Positions 35,201-48,500 of a DNA stretch of 64,000 bases are shown here, in pieces. A program made the translations under genes and the position numbers. The notes under the pieces are model-generated. The model was not told where the DNA came from and did not search any database. It saw only the letters and a list, made by a program, of their open reading frames with translations. Source of the DNA: Dudresnaya verticillata (lineage: Eukaryota); the NCBI GenBank assembly GCA_977862235.1, contig OZ374557.1, positions 1,364,001 to 1,428,000 of the forward strand, in the 5' to 3' direction. How positions within the stretch are numbered: position 1 is the first letter of the stretch; each line of letters begins with the position of its first letter.

Positions 35201-36993
35201 ATCATACGCTCCGACGCGAATACTATTGGCCATCGATTCCAGTGGACTGCTATGCGACTGTCCGCAACTGCGTAACCTGCGCTAAGAATCGCGTATTGCT
35301 GCGAAAGAACACCAAGCAATTGAAGTTGTTCCCGGCAACCGAGCCTCTCGAATTCGTATCGATCGACATCCTGGGCGAACTCATACGCACGAAGCGAGGA
35401 AACAAGTTCCAACTCGTCATTGTGGACCGCTTCTTGAAGCTGTTCCGGACGGTCCCACTGCGTAGTATTACGGCATTGGAAATCGCTAAGGCGTTTGTAC
35501 GACATGGGGTCTTCGTATAGGGTCCTCCCAAGAAACTGTTGTCCGACAACGGACCACAGTTTGTGGCTAAGCTGTTTCAGGATATCTGCCGTCTTTTGGG
35601 AGTGGAGAATCTCTTCACCACGACGTACCATCCGCAATGCAATGGCCAGGTAGAACGATTCAATCGAACTATCCTGGCCTCGCTGCGTCACTACGTTGCG
35701 GATCACCCGAGAGACTGGGACCTGTTCACGGATGCCTTGACGTTCGCATACAACACACAGTTGCATTCGTCTACGCATCTCGTTCCGTTTGAATTGGTGC
35801 TGTCTAAGCCACCACGGCCACTGTCGCTCGAAGCGGAACCGTCGCTCGAAAGCGTACCCACCGCAGGGCAATACTACACCAAGTGGCGAACCTGGCTGGC
35901 CGCACTGATGGGAACCGCTAAAGCGTCGTTACAGAAAACTCAAGCACGTTACAAACGAAACTTCGATACCCGATTAAGGGAATCGAAGGAAGCAATCGCC
36001 GTAGGCGACTTCTTATTCGTACGTAAGGAATACTTCGCCCGAGGCGGGAGCACGGATCGCGCAGAGCGTAAGAATAAGCTGGCGCCAGTGGCGGACGGAC
36101 CATACCGGGTAACTCACGTTGATAACGAGACGGTAACCGTCGACAAGGGACGTGATGAGCGGGAACGTTTGTCCCGAGACCGCGTGGTCTGGGCGCCGAC
36201 CCCACCGGGTCAGGCAGTCCCTCCAATCGTCGTACCACCAGGCCCGCCGGAGGAGCAAGAAGCAGTCGCCCCCACGTCACAAGACGAAGGGACGACTACC
36301 CCAAGCACGCCACCAGCGGACCCGGAGGGGGACGCAGAGACTTCGCATACTGTGGGAGATCCGCAAGAGCGTACGATCACAGCGTCACGCAGTCGTGGGT
36401 TGGCAGAGCTTTCGCCCTTCGCCGCCGATCCCGACGACCGCGCTTCGCAATCCGTCTCCAACGACGACAATACCCCAGGGGTTCGCACCCGTTTGGAACA
36501 CATCGCTACGGCACTGCCGGATGAGAACAATGACTCCTCTGAAAGCGCGTCCAATAACGAAGACGTCAACCGTGCAAGCACGAAGCAAGGCGCTGCAAGC
36601 GATGGACTCATCCCAAGACGCAGCAACCCACTTACCGCTGATCGAGCGTCCGAGGCCCAAGGCCAACGCCTTCGGCGATCAACTCGTCGAGTACGTTTCG
36701 CCGAACCGGAACAGACGCACATCACTCAACGAGACAAACCGCCAAAGGCGCTGGACAGGTCCACATCCAAGCCGAACTCTGTGAGCGGAAGAGAATACGT
36801 GATTGAACGCATCGAGTCGCACGCGTACGCGGATGATGATGAGATCCTCTACCGCGTCAAGTGGTTTGGATACCCCGCTTCAGCGAACACCTGGGAGCCA
36901 GTCTCCAGTTTGCCGCGATCCCAAGTCACACGGTACCACCGTCGAAAACGTACGCAGCTGTCGCCAAACGTCGACGACGCGCAGCGCGGCTAA
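32269..36993 (+). pseudogene. pol: Element C pol (PR, RT, RNase H, IN, chromodomain), disrupted
   Basis: LDTGDGPN; RFCVDYRRLN; YLDD; DASEYQVG; CVTC; IDILG, SDNG, HPQCNGQVER; GPY; YVIERI..YRVKWFGY..NTWEP. Confidence 0.95.
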
Positions 36994-38527
36994 CACTAAT
37001 CCGGAAATACCGCTGGAAGCGAATGGACGGACGATCCATACCGCGTGCTCAACCTACGATCGCCAAGGGCGAGGAAGCTCAACCCATAGCCTGTGGACGC
37101 GGCCTCCAGAGCGACAGCACAAAACACGAATACACGCCAGGGACGAACGCGGACGCAAGTCGTTGCGTCATAGACAGCCTCGCGCACGCCACCTCGCAGC
37201 AGCCCCCATACGGAACCTCTGGATGGGTGCGCTGTTGACAGTGGATCCAGATCGCAAATCGAGATCCGCCGCCCGAGGCCCTCGGGAAATAGGAGGCAGT
37301 AATTGGTCAAATTTTAATTTCCAAACACGGCAGCGCGCACCACCCCGCCGTCAACGCACGACGAACGCAATCATGCCAAGTGTCTGAGTAGGTGCTACGA
37401 GCCCCAGCGACGACAGGCGCAAGTGGCAGCGCACAACAACCGTCTCCGACGTCGAGACGCGCTCTCGCCCCACGGCCAAGTCCCTGGGACCGCCACCCTG
37501 CCGGCCACAGTCTCGCGCGAAAGCACCCGTCGAACGTCTCCGACGTAACTCGCCGAAGAAGGGGCGTCCCGACAAACCCACCCCTGAAGGGGGGAAGGTG
37601 ATTGAAGACGCAGTTTCTGTGGGTTCCGTGCACGACGCACCAACAAATCGCCAACGATTTCGCCGCTACCCGCGGCCGCCGCGTCTCAGTCGCGCGAGCG
37701 CGACCGACAACTCTACCCTACCCCCAAGGAGGAACGTCGAAGACGAAATAGGCGTCAACACCTACCTCACCGCCTTCGCGACCCTCGTCGAGGAAGACGA
37801 AAAACCACGCCCAAGACGCAGTGCGACACATGCATTAGAAAAACGCTAAGTAAGCGGAAATACGCCAACGCCGCGCGTGAAACACGAAGAACAACGCTAC
37901 TACAGCGGACCCTACCGGGCAAACACAGCCAAGTGCCAACGCACGGCTAAGGCCAATGGCATCAAACGCCAACGCTACTGTAGCGGACCATCACGAACAC
38001 GACGCAAAGTCGAAGTGGGACCACAAGTCACACCTTAAGACCAACGCGAAACGCGACACGGGAAGACGCTGACAATGGCCGAAGTTTACGGGGCTTATAA
38101 AAACAGACGGAGACAAACCCTCGCCCTCCTTAACAAACAACCATTACAGCTACACTAATCGTCAATGACGACGAGAATAACGCCTCAGGCGCACTACACA
38201 ACGCTAACGCAGCGAGCAACGAGGGGAAGTACAACGCCCCGAGCACGTCGCCACGACGAGACAAACATTTCGCTAACGCACCCGCAAGACTCGTCGGCGA
38301 CGACGCGACGGCCGCAGCGGACGAAAACAAACTACGTTACCAAACGATGCAGTTTATTGGGCTAAGCACGGGGAACCCCCGCCGCCAAACTCTAAGCCAC
38401 GTCGGCTAACGCCGCAGGACATTCTACATTATTCGTCAACGACGTATGATCCCCTACCTACCGACTCCGCAAGGGAGCCGACAAATTACCACAATGCTCA
38501 CCACCGCCTTTTACGACGCCGACTACG

Positions 38528-40183
38528 TCACGTCGCAGGCGGTTTTGCTGAGCCCACCGCACCATCGCCCTCGGCGGACTCCCTCAATGCCTCTTCATAG
38601 AGGTCATCTTCCGTCACCGACGGCACACCCACAGCAGTAGCTGGGACGGACCGCAAAGGCACCGCCACCACTGTCGCTGAAGGAGTATCACGCGCCGCTG
38701 GCGAAGCGCCCGACTCACCGCCTGCCTTAGACGGCGAAGCCTCTTTGGCTTTGACAACCGCTGATGGCGTAGAACCAAGTCGATCACTCGCCTCCGGCGC
38801 TGCCACGACAATATCCGCCACAGGCGATGAAGAAACAACCTCCGCCATAGGCGCAGAGCTCAAGTTATCGTTCGCCTTAGGCGCGGGCACAGCCCCATCC
38901 GCTTTAAGCGTAGTCAACGACTCGTAGACCGCCTTGGGCGTCAGTTCAGAAACCGCCTTGATGGGCGTCGCCTCTTCACTCGCCTTCGGCGTTGTTAATC
39001 CGACACCCGTCAATGACGCAGGAGCACCTAGCCCCTTTGCAACCGTCAACGACGCTATAGCGGCATTCGCTTCGCTCGCCGCAGGCGGTACAGTCATAAT
39101 CAAGTCTTTAGACGCCGGACCATTCGCCTTAGGCGACGAAGGCTTCTCTGCCACACCGTCCTTCGACGCAGAACCTACGACACTAGTCGACTTCGGCGCG
39201 GGCCCACCCTGAGGTGGGACCGCAGCCGACAAATATTGGCTCATCCACTCAGTGGGTGAGCCGCTCAGACCGCTAGTAGCGACGCCTGCCGCCTGCAATA
39301 ACGCAAGCACGGTGCAGCGCTGCTCTTCGGTCCAAACCAGCACCGAAGCTGGACTCCCAGAACCGTCTGCGACGTTTGATACTTCGCCTTGAGGCGTCAC
39401 GGTCAGCGGAGCCGACTCCAATATTGACGTCGCCATAACGGCATCTCCATCATCGTCAGTGACGGGAGCCGCAAGGTCAAGAGGCGCAACAGCTGGCAGG
39501 CCAGCTGGCACTCCACCGCCACCGACAGCACCTCCGAGCAAAGCCGAAGACGCGGGCGCAGGCTCGGCAGTCGACTCAACCGCCATAGGCGTAGCGAAAT
39601 CCGTCCCAGACGGGTTCTCCGGTCCGCCATCGGCGTTAAACGCATCCTCCTTGGTTATTAAGGCACTCAAATGCAGAGGAAAATCACCGACAAAGTCGCA
39701 GCTCTTACGCAAACCACGCGGGTGATTACCCGGGGTGAAGCGGTCCGTTTTGCGATGGCGTTCCGCAACGTTCTTTGTCGTACGACGCTTAGTCCACGGA
39801 TTATAATGGATCCAATCGCCACAGGCGGAGTGAGTCCGACTCATCGCGAATCGCGGACGGTTCGCTTTACGGCGGTTGTTCGCATACGGCACCATTGCCG
39901 GGTCGTTCCAATCGATCTCATCCGCCACAGCGCGCAGGTTCCAGAACTCCTCGGCGTTCCGGGACCCGCCAAATATTTCGACCACGTCGAGGCTGCCAAG
40001 CTGAGCCACCACACGCGGGGGTAGGTGGTACATACGACGGGCCGCAATCTCGGGGGAGCTCTGTAATACAGTGAAGGGCTTACAGAAGTGGGCCCTCTGC
40101 CCGCGTGCATGCGCTGAAATAGCGTTACCTATAGGGCGCCAGCAGGGACAAGACGGGCAGCCTATGATTGGTCCAAGTGTCAC
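38528..40183 (-). CDS. Antisense 551-codon ORF of unknown function; C2H2-like finger plus A/P/S/K-rich repeats; probably a 3' exon
   Basis: Stop-free for 1656 bp. CPSC-x12-H-x6-H. About 9-aa TPKA-like repeats. ACTGAC-CTGCAG immediately upstream on the minus strand. Confidence 0.6.
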   Translation of the reverse strand: MTLGPIIGCPSCPCWRPIGNAISAHARGQRAHFCKPFTVLQSSPEIAARRMYHLPPRVVAQLGSLDVVEIFGGSRNAEEFWNLRAVADEIDWNDPAMVPYANNRRKANRPRFAMSRTHSACGDWIHYNPWTKRRTTKNVAERHRKTDRFTPGNHPRGLRKSCDFVGDFPLHLSALITKEDAFNADGGPENPSGTDFATPMAVESTAEPAPASSALLGGAVGGGGVPAGLPAVAPLDLAAPVTDDDGDAVMATSILESAPLTVTPQGEVSNVADGSGSPASVLVWTEEQRCTVLALLQAAGVATSGLSGSPTEWMSQYLSAAVPPQGGPAPKSTSVVGSASKDGVAEKPSSPKANGPASKDLIMTVPPAASEANAAIASLTVAKGLGAPASLTGVGLTTPKASEEATPIKAVSELTPKAVYESLTTLKADGAVPAPKANDNLSSAPMAEVVSSSPVADIVVAAPEASDRLGSTPSAVVKAKEASPSKAGGESGASPAARDTPSATVVAVPLRSVPATAVGVPSVTEDDLYEEALRESAEGDGAVGSAKPPAT

Positions 40184-42089
40184 CCTGCAGGTCAGTAGCT
40201 TAGTATCTGCCTACTTGTTTTAGAAATTGTAGCTTAGGATAGGGGGCGTGTATATAGCCCAGTATGAGAGGTGCTGCCTGATAGTCGGAGTACCATATAA
40301 GGGTATCTCCCGTAGCGGTCACTGTACAGTAAAGGTAAGCACCTTACGGCCCCAAATACGTCTCCAAGCTATCGGCACCGCAGCACACTTGTCACCCGTG
40401 CCCGGTTAACCGCCCGCCCAGTGAACTACCTTCAGTATCGTGCTTCCAATCAGGTTACGTGCCCTCGTCTACCCTCTGGGTTCCTACCGCTCTACCACCG
40501 CTAGCAGGTACCCGCCTTGTGGCTTTCTCATTGAGTGCACTCTTTGAGTTCACAAGAGACCTAAAAGGCACTTCTTTACAGGTGCCACCCTGATTTGTAT
40601 ACCAGGGCGGCACCAACAGGGCCGATTTCACCATGGGTCCAGAGCACTAGGGTCTGGCCCATACGGACCGGACGATCGGTGCGACCCTGACGTCTATATC
40701 AGGGCGGCACCGCAGCGGCTCCGAAGGTAAGCGGGAAAGAAGCCTGTGCCACACAACCTTCGGTCCTTAATCTGCCTCTAGCCCTAGTCCTTTACAGTTT
40801 TCCGGCACCGATTCCATTGCGATCTACCACCACTACTGTTGCGGAGTTCGTCCCTGCCCTTGTATCACCCCCTTGTCGGTCGCTTCCTAATACCCGTTAC
40901 GGTTAGCCACTCGCTGTTTCCCCCTGTCGTTGCGAACTGCTCAACCACCCCGTGGAGGTAGTATCGCTCTCGTCATGTGAAAGGAAGTATCGCCAGCTGT
41001 CCATTACGGAAGTAGGTGTGTTCTCACTACACGGCACAAAGCGTAAAACGTTTGTCATAACTGAGATCCCCCGACACCACTTGTGAGACCTTAAACCCCA
41101 CAGAGTACAGAACCGCCGGAAGTAGTTCTCCACAACTATTCTGTCGGAGCTGAGATTGCGATTCTGAACCTGCTCCCGGTGAGCATACCACCCTTAGGCT
41201 TCTTTTTCGGTACAATCGCGCGCGATTCCTCGTAAGCACCTCGATATCCCTTGTCCATTATAACGGCCCAAATATCCGGAGACTCGTGGGCCATCCGCTC
41301 AATGTTTGGAATATCCTTCTACCAAACGGTTTTGCCGAGCGCCACCCAGTGCCACTGCAAATTATTTCGAGAGATAATCTGGGCGCAAAAGGGCGAGAGC
41401 GTGACGTGTTTGCGTGATAACTGCAATTTTCCGCAATTTCTAGGTCTTTCCGCTTCCAGTTGTGCCGTTCAGTATTTACTCAGCATATTACCATTGAACT
41501 TCAAATTATGAAAAGGATGCGTATTTATTGCAAATAAATCTTCTTGCGCAATAGGTATGTAATTAGTTGATCAGTCTATCTACTGGAATCGGACTATAGT
41601 ATATTGATACTTTACGGAGTAAAATAGTTCCCGTTCAGTTGTTGTACTAAAGTGTCGCCCGCGTAGGACCACCTTAAACAACCCGTTAAAAATTGAATCA
41701 TTATTAAAGGCCCGACTAGTGTACTAGGTCTTTATCAAAAATAGAGAGGAAAAAATCGAAAGATCCAATACAATCACGTAAAAATGGCCAACAAATTGTA
41801 ATAGACCAGGGCGCCACGTGATTATTGCTCAGCACTGTAATCCACAAGACAACCACACGAAGGCCAATAATTTGAAAACATGCATGTACAGTGGTGGAGA
41901 TCACAGTATATTCAAAAAGCCCGCTCTGCGCGATAAGAGGATCGCGCGGCTTCCCAAACGACCCACCCTTTTCTGTCTAAAGTGTGTGATCGCGCCGCAC
42001 GAGCTCCCCACACACAACGCCCGACTAACGATTGTCGCACCAGCAAAACCCAAACCCTTTCAACCTGTCCCGACCCAACACGCCCCACA

Positions 42090-43229
42090 ATAGCAGCGAC
42101 ATATTCGTCAGAAGACGCCGCGCAAGCAGCACGCTTTCTCGCAGATGCAGCCGCTGGACGTGAAGAAGACATCGCAACATACCCTGCCACCCCAATACAA
42201 GATGCCTCCGACGACGAGAACGACTCATCATGCCCACTCCTCGGCGCATTCTACGAGCGTGGTGGGGCTGAGTCAATTCTTGGGATCACCAATTTCGATC
42301 CTGCTCATTTTGAATCATTGTGGACTCATTTCTCGGACCATGTTAATTCAACCTACAACACCGGGAGGGGCCGCAAGTTCCCACACTCGCCAAAGGACAT
42401 GATTTTATGATTTTGACTGTTCTGAAGACTGGCGGACAGTGGGATACCCTCGCAAGGATGTTCACAATGAAGGGGCTAACATTTGAGAGACAGATTATCC
42501 GCCTCGTCTCACTGAAATCGGACTTCTCCTGCGCTCACTTAGTCGAAGGAATAGAAGAGACGTACTCTATTTCCGTGCTTGATGAGAACAGGCAACAATT
42601 CAGGCATTTTCGTTGTGCACGTTATGCCACTGATGTTAAGTTTCAGCAGTGCTATCGCCCAATTGGAAGCATACAAGAGGGAAAGAAGTAAGTTTCGGGG
42701 AGACATAAGCTATACGGCTAAAAATTGGGAGTTTCAGTGCTCCCAAATGGTCTGTTCATCTAATCTAGTGACCATCATCCCGGTTCTGTTTCCAACATAG
42801 ACAGTTTCGTGCGAATGAAGGCTTTTCACAAGCAGGCACTCAAAAACGCGGATTGAGCGCTATGTGTTGGACATGGGTCGACTTGCCGAATAGTTCCTGG
42901 CCTGGGCAATCCTGGTGGATAAGGGCTATCAGGGGGCGCAGGATCTGTAAACGATTCATCCGAGGAAGAATACCGCCCCTGGATTGTTATCTGTGGCCGA
43001 CGAGTCGTTCAACAAGAAGGTTTTGGCTGAGAGGATTATTGTCGAAAACGTTTTCGGACGTCATTGTTTTCTTTGGACAGTGCTGGGAAACAAATGGAAA
43101 TGGGGAGAAAATAACTACGATATGATGTTTCGGTTGCGCCTGGGACTTACCAATATGCACATACGATGGAACCCCCTGCGTGTTGATGAAAACAAATTTC
43201 TTTACGAGCTTCTGGCGGACATAAGGTGA
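42090..43229 (+). pseudogene. DDE_Tnp_4 (PIF/Harbinger/ISL2EU-like) transposase relic
   Basis: GRGRK..KDM..L.VLK.G..W..LARMF; YATDVKFQ; SGRHKLYG; LVDKGYQG; FNKK....RIIVENVFGR; W...LTNMH, spread over several frames. No TIRs identified. Confidence 0.8.
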
Positions 43230-45067
43230 TCAAAGTGGGACCATCGAACGCCCGCGAGGTACCCAAGCCCGTAGTCTGCTACCGGCTTGTTTCGGCTCTA
43301 TTCTCGACTTTTGTCTCTACATTAATCTAGAACTCGTTTGAAGAAATCCTGCAGCTAAGTACGGCATGCGCACATGCGGGTGGGATCAGGGACCATGAAC
43401 ATTTCGGTCTCCAATCCCCCAAAGTCCCTGTTGTGGAAATAAGATTTCGGTGCAAGCGCAATGGGTGGGAGGGTGGGAAAGGAAAAGCCCTGCCCTTCTC
43501 GACGGAACAAGGGCGGCAGACCCCAGTATTTAACCCCAAGATACATGACTGGAGTCGCGAGCAACGTTCCCTCGTCCAGGGCGGCGTGCTGTCGACGGCT
43601 GATCGTCGAAGCAGACGCTAGCTTGAAGTACAGCCTGGACGACAGCACATGAGTGCCGCTGACTGATCCGCAGCTTACAACCGAAATCTGGTTTCACGGG
43701 TGATACAGAACCACGAATATGATACAGATCGATTCCCGCGAATCAAAAATCGAAACTACGAAATTCGGGTCAGACAGGCCGCGAAATGCAAACAGACACA
43801 AGCGCAATACCGCGCGAGGCGTCGCAGGCACGTTGAGTTGCAATTCCGTGGGATCGTTTTCCCAGGGAGGCAGGACGATACCGAGAACTTGCCGGCTGTG
43901 GCAAACTGTGAGTATTTTCTTATTACGTCTTCGTGTTTCTGTTTTTACTTCGTCGTTTTGCGTTTTGTTTAGTCCTTGCGCAGAGGTTGATACTGACAAT
44001 AAATCATCCTACCACTTCTGTGAAGGGGCAGACGTTTTCCATTGACCCACACATTTCTACGGCGCCGGGTGTTTGTGACAAAGACCTACTGTAGTGTTCA
44101 TCACCTCTCGTGATCATAGAAACACTCTATAGCATAACCTCAAAAGCAAAACTCAGTGCAGGCCAGCGTACGTTTTTCGGATTTCCTACTCATCGCGTCA
44201 CTTTCAGCGTAGCCGACTACAAAAACTCCGACTACACAAAACAATGTAAGCACAGAAATGAGTACAGAAACTCCATACACCACGTTTTAAAACTTTCGAA
44301 ACGTTGTAAGAAATAATGCAAAACGTCACAATCTATGCACTCTTCTGAAATAGTACCATTTTCGTCTGACTATAACTATATATTCTTTCATTCTTCCGTT
44401 TGACAGCCACTAAGATTTGATTTACTGATATGTCTAATCCATCCTTTTCAATACTCTGTCTGCTCCCCAAAGCGTGCCATAGCCTACAGTGGCATGCACG
44501 TTTCGATACGTGTCCATAATACAATCCCTTACGGCGGCTTTTGAAGACTATTACCACCTCCCTCCTTCTCTATAAGCAACAATATCATCACTGTGAATCA
44601 CAATCACAATATCGCTTCCTAGTTTTAGACTGTTTCCTTCGGCAATCAGGCTTTATATGGTACTAAATTCCCCTGTGCGCCCTATTTTTGAGAGGTTTCT
44701 CGCATCTGTCTCATCCAACATATTCAAACTTCTCACCCACTCCATGAGTTCCAACCCTCCTCATATAGTCGGCAGGTAGTTTGGAAGTGCCATGATTATT
44801 GCATTCATTGCCTGACAAGCGTTAGTGGCTCAGAAAATGCTTTCGAAAAGCTTTGAGATGGGCAGTTTACTGCACGTATGAATGAACCAATGTCTGTATT
44901 CTGTGTAGTAGAATAGCTCCTAGTCAGGTAGTCGGCAGTGAAACGCCACAACAGCTGCCGAGGGGACACAATACGCACTTCGAGCGGTACCGCAAAGAAA
45001 AGGGATCGTTTTTGAGAGTTATAATGGGTGTGGTATTAAGAAGTAAGGATAAAGGAAAGGCGAACCC

Positions 45068-45510
45068 TGAAACAAACACCTTTTTACTCAATGGATCGAT
45101 GCCCTCCGTCGCCGGAGTGAAGGCCGAGCGACGACTGATAAAGTCCTCCCTGTCTGAGCGACCCGAGGCAGGGTCGCTCAGAGACCCCAAACAAAGGGGT
45201 GAAGTCCGCCATACATGGCTGACATCCTAAAATACAATTAAAACTGGACGGTGCGACCGCAGGAGGCGCAGATCGGCTTCGCTGATCTGGCCGGAAATCC
45301 CAAATGTCGTCAGAAATAAAAACAAAACAGATAAGCGGCGGCGCGCAGCGCCGCTCCCGATGCGCTCGAACCCTACCCTCGAGCGCCACCGGCGGCAAAT
45401 CGGTGCTGGCCACCCCGCCAGGGCCACTTACGTCAGCCCGACCGCGCCGGCCGGAGTACGAGTACGTATGATAAAAGAAACACGTGGGCTCATGTGGCAT
45501 GACCGTTTCA
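45068..45510 (-). repeat. 3' LTR of element A
   Basis: TG...CA ends, adjacent PPT GGGGGGGAAGGTGGGAAGGA, and TSD. Confidence 0.95.
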
Positions 45511-45544
45511 TCCTTCCCACCTTCCCCCCCGATTGACGTCCGCG

Positions 45545-48500
45545 TCAATGCAAGTGCGACAGAAGGCCATGCTCGACGATGTAATCCCTGAACGCGGTGG
45601 TCAAGGTGCCATCTGTATCAACGAAATCCCTTGTAGGTTGCCACTCAGCTTCATGCTGCGGTGTGCCTTTCAGCAGTGTGAGCCATTGGAAACCGCGCCC
45701 ACGCTTGCGATGGGCGAGGATACGCTCGACCTCGAACAACAACGCACCGGAGTCATCAGGCACGGGTTCAGGGCGAGGTACTACTGGTTGACTGAAAGCG
45801 GGAGGCTGTGTCTTGTGCGGGAAGGTATGCGAAACGTGCACAACGGGATGTAACCTCATATTGGAAGGTAGATCCAAGCGAAGAGCGTTCTTCCCGACTA
45901 ACTCCAGAATTTTGAATGGGCCGAAGCGCCTGCTACCCAACTTCTCTGATGAATGCGTCTTAGACACCGCATCCTTAAACAGTCCCCTGCTTATCCACAC
46001 GCTGCCACCTACTTTATACGACGACGGCGAAAGCCTTTGCGCAATGTACGCTGCGTGCCGTGCCTTAGCCAATTGATGCGCAAATCGAGCATCCTGAAGC
46101 GCACTGTTCATACAAGCGTTAAATTGGGCGACGCTCTCAATTGTCGTGTTCACTGGCAACGACATGTCCAGGGGAGCGCGGGGATTCCAGCCAAGGTCCA
46201 CCTCGAACGGTGTGGCTTGTAACTCTTCACTCTTTGCGGAGTTGTAGGCAAATTCCGCCGCTGGTAGAAACGCGTCCCAATCATCCTGTCGCATGGAGCA
46301 ATAGCAGCGTAGGTAGTTCTCAACCATTCGGTTCATGATTTCAGATGTCCCATCTGTCTGAGGATGATGCGTCGAAGACATTTGCAACTTGATCCCACAG
46401 CGGGACATGAGGTGCTCCCAAAACTTGGAAGTAAACTTTGAGTCTCGGTCAGAAACGATTGCGTCAGGTAGCCCATGGTGTTTGAACACGTTAGAGAAAA
46501 ATTCATCGGCTACGTCCACGGCCGTGTCCGTCGTCCCGCTGGGGAGGAAGTGCACCCTTCGAGATAACCTATCTACCCACGTTGTGATGCTGTCAAACCC
46601 TTGCTTAGTGCGGGGAAGTTTGACGATGAAGTCGGTAGCAAGTGACCCCCATCTACGAGTAGGAACATCAAGAGGGGTAGGGACACCCAGCCTTCTCATG
46701 CGGCTGTCCTTCTTTTGCTGGCATGTCTGGCAGCCATCGACGTAACGCTTTACGTCGCGACTCTTGTGCCGCCAATGAAAGCGTTCCAAACGGCCTTAGG
46801 TCTTGGAGAAACCGAAGTGGCCGGAAGTAGAGGCGTCATGTGCGGCGTACAGCACCTCCCTGGCGTCGTTTCGAGGAACACAAATCTTGTTCTCATACAA
46901 CAGTCTCCTATTTGCGAACGTAAAGAGCGTGAGCAGCCTTGCTACCCGATCTTCTTGGACCTTGTCCTTCGGTAATTCTCCCTTCAATCCTTGTACGATA
47001 GGGCCAAAGACTTGGTCCGTGTCGTACTCAAGCGTCGCTGGAAGGCCATCCATACTCGACGCAACTACATTGTTGATCATAGTGTCCTGCATGACATGCG
47101 GGCGCGGGAAAGCACGTCTCCAAGCACATGCACTCGTCCAGGCTTGAGTGTGATATTGCTAATCCCAAATTGCGAGAACAGGTCCAACCAACGCGCCTCA
47201 CGTCGATTGAGAGTGGTCTTTGTGAAAAAGGGCTTTAGAACCTGATTGTCCGTGAACACTTCAAAGGTCATACCCTCCAGGTAGCAACGAAAGCGCTTGA
47301 GGAAGTACACGAGTCCCAAACGTTCACGCTCATTTGCAGTGTACCTTTGTTCCGCATCGGACAACTTCTTGGAGAAGAACGCAACGGCTCTTTCGGCTCC
47401 ATTACAATCTAATTGAGTTAGTGTCCCTCCAACGGCTCTCTGAGATGCGTCAATGTGACAACGGAACGGCTTGCCCCAGTCCGGGGATATCAGGATCGGG
47501 GCAGAGACCAACAGAGCTTTCAGTGTTGCGAAAGACTTGTCGCAATCAGTGTCCCATTTTCCGATCCCGACGCCCTTCTTAGTCAGTGTCGTAAGCGGGG
47601 CAGCAATGCCTGAAAAGTTCTTGATGAAGCGCCTGAAGAACTGTAACAACCCAATGAAACTGCGTATTTCAGTAAGTGAGGTGGGCTTCGGCCAGTCACG
47701 GATAACTTGAACCTTCTCGGGATTGACCCTGATTCCATCCTTGCTCACCAACATCCCCAGGAACTCTGTCTCAGGTTGGAAGAAAGAGCACTTCTTCGGG
47801 GAGACATAAAGTTCTTCAGACTGCAAGCGAGACAGCACTGTTTCAAGGTGCTTCAAATTTTCCTCCTTCGTGCGACTGTAGATCAACAAATCATCCATAT
47901 ACACCACCATAAAAACGTCAATACATTCGTGGAACACCTGGTGCATAAGCGTTTGGAATGTAGCCGGAGCGTTGCACAGACCCATAGGCATGACGAGATA
48001 TTCAAACTGTCCGTACTTAGTGTTGAAGGCGGTTTTCTCAATATCCTCCGGACGGACCCGTATCTGATGGAATCCCGTCTTGAGATCCAGCTTCGAGAAG
48101 TACTGTGCCCCTGCCAAACGGTCGAACATTTCATCCGGGCGTGGCAAGGGGGCGTTGTTCGTTTTGTAAGGCGATTGAGAGCCCTGTAATCGACAACGGC
48201 CCTCAGTTTTTCCTTGCCCTTCACGAGAAATAAGGAAGCGCTGAAGGGAGATTTGCTCCTCCTGATTTTCCTCTTACGAAGTAGATCCACAACGTACTCC
48301 TTCTCGGCGAGCAACTCGGCCGGAGATAGTTGGTAAAACGGCCACAAAGGCGGTTTTGCGCCCTCTTCTATCTCTATTGAGTGGTCGACGGTCCGCTTTG
48401 GGGGAAGTCCCGACGGAAGAGACTCTTGGAAAACGTCCTCAAAGCGTGACAAAAGATCATCTAGCTGGGGGTCGTGGGACGGCTTGCGTTCTTGCTTGGA

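Larger units (their letters stand above)
28688..40248 (+). mobile_element. Ty3/gypsy chromodomain element C (5' LTR, PBS, gag-pol, long 3' region; matching 3' LTR not found, right end tentative)
   Basis: LTR plus PBS plus gag-PR-RT-RH-IN-chromodomain on the plus strand. PPT-like AGGATAGGGGGCG followed by TGT at 40236-40251. Confidence 0.85.

Noticed and set aside
43230..45060. AT-richer region with short ORFs
   Set aside because: No motifs or repeats recognised, so it is treated as intergenic.
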